Source of the DNA: Camelus dromedarius
Lineage: Eukaryota
NCBI RefSeq assembly: GCF_036321535.1
Contig: NC_087437.1
Coordinates: 111,974,001 to 112,038,000, forward strand
DNA length: 64,000 nucleotides
Direction: 5' to 3'
How positions within the stretch are numbered: the stretch's first letter is position 1; the number at the start of each line of letters is the position of its first letter. Below are positions 60,610 through 64,000 of this stretch, piece by piece. Position numbers and translations under genes: made by a program. Below the pieces are notes generated by a model that was not told where the DNA came from, ran no database searches, and worked only from the letters and a program-made list of their open reading frames with translations.

Positions 60610-61150
60610 CAAAGGTGAAAATATAAAAAATGGCCATTTTCAATTTAAAGGAATTTTGCCCATATTTCTACTATCTTATAAAACAACAGTTTTCATTCCT
60701 CCATTTCATTCTCTGTTCTCTTTGGATTTTTACTTACATGTGTAATGTTTTAACATCATTTCAGTAATTCTGTAAATGTGACATTGTGTTCTTTTCCATA
60801 GTCCTAAATAATTATCACCTTTGTCATTTTTTAGTAATAGTTAATATTCCATTATATCAATATTTAATGATTTGTTTATCCATCGCCTATTGCTAAACCT
60901 TTAGGTTATTCTCAGTTTTTTACTATCATAAATAATGCTGCTATAAATATATCAATACATACACCATTTCTTCTTTTAAATTACTTCCTTGAAATAAATT
61001 CCAAAGAATGAGATTACAGGGTCAAAGAGTACAAACATTTTTATGACCTATGACCTGCATTGATTGCCAAACGCCCTCAAAAGGCATTGTACCAGTTTTC
61101 AAAGGATGAAATATCTGCTTCCCCCATGGTCTCATCAGCACTGAGTTATA
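60610..61150 (-). mobile_element. Very old L1ME-like fragment
   Basis: 'ttttttactatcataaataatgctgctataaat...gagattacagggtcaaagagta'. Confidence 0.65.
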
Positions 61151-61956
61151 GGATTTCCTGTATTTTTATTTGGCCAGTCTCAATTGATTGAGATTAAATA
61201 ATATACCCATGGGAGTATTATAATAAGTAACTGCATCACTCTGATTACTTAATAACACGTAGGACATAAAGAAAGGAAAAGAAAACAGGAAATCAAGCCA
61301 AATCAAATAATTTCTTAGTGGTGCTAAATACCTCCGTATATTGAATATCTGTGAACACTCTAAACTTTAATACTGAGAACAAAGAAATTGGTCCTGTAAC
61401 AACTGGAATCCTGTGAGTACCCCAGAATCAGACAACTTAGTTTTCATTTTATGAATACATTTACATACTCACAAAGCTTGAAACTTTGTTGAAAGATTAA
61501 GACAAAGGGAAACGAATGCTCACTTATTTTATCAATGCCTAAAGTACTGATTTTGAGCAGCAAAGATTTTACTCTCTGTGACCCCTTGCAAAGACTTCCA
61601 ATTATTTCACAGTGGCTTTTCTGTTTTGTTTTGTTTTGTTTTTCACTATGTCTCAAGCGACCTTGAATAGGGATAGAAAAGATAAAGGAGTGAAAGTAAA
61701 ATAACAGGGGGCAAGAGTCTCTCATTCCTTTTGTAAATTTCGCATTAGGCCTGGCTCTGTTTTATGGAAATACTCCGCCAGCACAGAAATGGGGAAGTCA
61801 TTTGTCAATGCACTTTGCAGATGGTGTGGTTAAAAGAAAAATCCCTAAATATCTAACTCTTTGTGGCCAGCCCAGCTCAAATACTCTTCCTTCTTAAAAA
61901 TATAATTTCCGTGACACAGTAGCTCAGAGCAGACATACTATGAAAAATCTGTGGAA

Positions 61957-62040
61957 ATTGACTGGGACATTGTGCTGTACACCAGAAATTGACACTTTAT
62001 AACTGACTACACTTCAATTTTAAAAAAGAAAAAAAAAAAA
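61957..62040 (+). mobile_element. Minimal (~80 nt) L1 tail insertion with TSD
   Basis: 'gctgtacaccagaaattgacac' plus polyA; TSD aaaaatctgtggaa (61943-61956) / aaaaatctatggaa (62036-62049). Confidence 0.9.
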
Positions 62041-63294
62041 TCTATGGAATGGATGGCTGAGCCAAATGTGGCCGTTTATAGACCTCTTAGACCCAAGAGG
62101 GTCTAAGAAAATGTGTCAGCATCATGGAAGCATAGCCACTGTTATTAGGGAAGTAAACCTGCCTCAGCTGGGTGGACACCCCCTCTCTCCGCAGCTCCGC
62201 CGCATCACCACTGCAGATGGCGCACCTGGTGTTTGCGGCTAGGAGGGCATGAGAAACAAGAACATGTAGATTCAATATTGTAAGGCCCCACCCATGTGGG
62301 TAATGGAAAAGTATAAAGCAGGAAGCACAGATGGTGCGCAGATCTAACTCCGCCTTCCATCCCTGCTACCCAAGAGGAAGGGCTGGAACTCAGCCCAAGC
62401 CATTAGAAAAGGAAGGAAGCGGCATTTTTATTCGCCGTTAGCTCCCATCAGGAATGGATCAGCCCTGGCTTCTGACTGGACCAGGACACTACTGACTCCC
62501 GCGGGGCTGTGAGTCACACAGTATTGCTCGCAGCTGGACTATGCCATTGATGATGACCCCCAAGCCCAGGAGAGACTGGGATCCAGCTGATGGCCTTTCC
62601 AGGCACCATGGCTGGGTTAGGGGAAGAGAGGGACCGTCAAGTACTGGGAAGGGCAAACCAGAGAAAGGTATGGTAATTTGCCAGAGTGGACCCTTCATTT
62701 GGGGGAGGAATTGTGTGAGTGGGGGCTTTGGGATGGTTAGTAGCTTGTTCAAGGAGAGGATCTATTAGTGTCAGTGGCCAATTCAGAAAGTGGCGACCAC
62801 TGGTTTCCATCTTCCCCCAGCCCCTGCCCCACTAGCCCCATCTCTGTCTCTCTCACTGCCCTCAAAACATTTTCATTTCCTGCCCTCCCCCACCCCTTGT
62901 GACCTTGGATAATAAAATTCAGGAAAAGTGTATACGGAAGTAGCCTGGGCTATAGAGATTGCCCCTTGGCAAGCAAGACTGGGTCTCCACGTGGTTCTTC
63001 TCCAAATCGTGGTGGAACACACATGAATCTGACCTGCACAGTTGGGTGGAAAGTCATCTAGCCCCAAAGCCACAGACCTGGGTGAAGAGAAAACTGAGGG
63101 AAAAAAGGAAACTTCTCACTCACCCTGCCCTGCAAATCCTCTCTCCCTAGGTCCCACCCCAGCAGAACCACCCACTCCTTCCTCTCTCTTCAGAGAGCAT
63201 GTGTGCGTTCATTCTCCTGTTGAACGCTCACCCCACCGTGTACTAATCTGTTCCTGTGCTCCCTTCCCAACTGGGCTCTGAGCTTATCAGTGTC

Positions 63295-63445
63295 TGCAGG
63301 CAGACCTGGGTTCACATCCCAACTCCAGTCTCCTCGGAGCTGTGTGACGCTCAACAAGTCATTTAACTTCTTCCAGACCTTCATTTCCTCGTCCATAATG
63401 AGTCTCATCATGTAGATCATATGAGCTTCTACAAAATGCTTAGCC
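63295..63445 (+). mobile_element. MIR SINE
   Basis: 'cagacctgggttcacatccc...gctgtgtgacgctcaacaagtcatttaacttc'. Confidence 0.8.
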
Positions 63446-64000
63446 CAAATTTATTCCCTCATTCATTGGGCAATTCCCAGCCCCCAGCACAGGAACCAAC
63501 AGACAAGACACTCATGAAAATAAAACTCCTCCTACCCAGTGGCTTTCAGGCCCTGTGAATGAACAGGGGGTTCAGGGTGGGCACAGTCACTGGGCACCTT
63601 GGGACAAGGAATTTCGGTGACAAGGGGTTGTCTCTCCCCAGTACTGCTCTTCATGCCAAGTCCCGTTCATCCCACCCCCAAAGCAGAGTAGGGAAGTGCA
63701 AATCTTCTTTCCAGAAGCCGGCTAAGCCTGGGGTTTTACCTGGTGTCTCTTACTCATTCATTCTCTTGTTTTCAGCATGTGCTTGTTGAGACCCAGGTGC
63801 GAGTGACTGTAATTGCTGCTCTGGGAGGAAGACTTAATTCATGTCCCACAGCAACTTATAGTCCCTGGGACCCCAGTGAGGATCAAGCCGTGTAAAAAAT
63901 ACTCTGTTGAGATTCAGGGTTTCTCCCCAGGATATCAGGGAAGGCTTCGTGGAGGAGGTGCACTGTGAAAATGATCAGGACCCAGTCGTGCAGATACCGA

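Overview
This is repeat-rich, non-coding mammalian DNA (intergenic or a large intron). It is most likely camelid (camel, alpaca or llama), judged from five copies of a tRNA-derived SINE resembling camelid vic-1 and from artiodactyl-type L1 tails. I could not support any host protein-coding exon, tRNA, rRNA or CRISPR array. The only recognisable protein-like sequences are transposon fossils: L1 ORF2 pieces and a hAT/Blackjack-like transposase. I found no convincing new biological system. The most notable structures are: (i) a 5'-inverted L1 carrying a ~225-nt 3' transduction inside one 14-bp target-site duplication (TSD), at 30197-31608; (ii) two inverted ~295-bp MIR-containing arms that are ~87% identical and enclose an orphan L1 tail, which may record an inversion with duplicated breakpoint (13518-14940); (iii) a transposon-poor, motif-rich block at ~40.4-49.3 kb with a canonical Sox-Oct composite site; (iv) two strong CTCF motifs. 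Repeat family names come from my recall of consensus sequences, not from a search, and most old-repeat boundaries are approximate.
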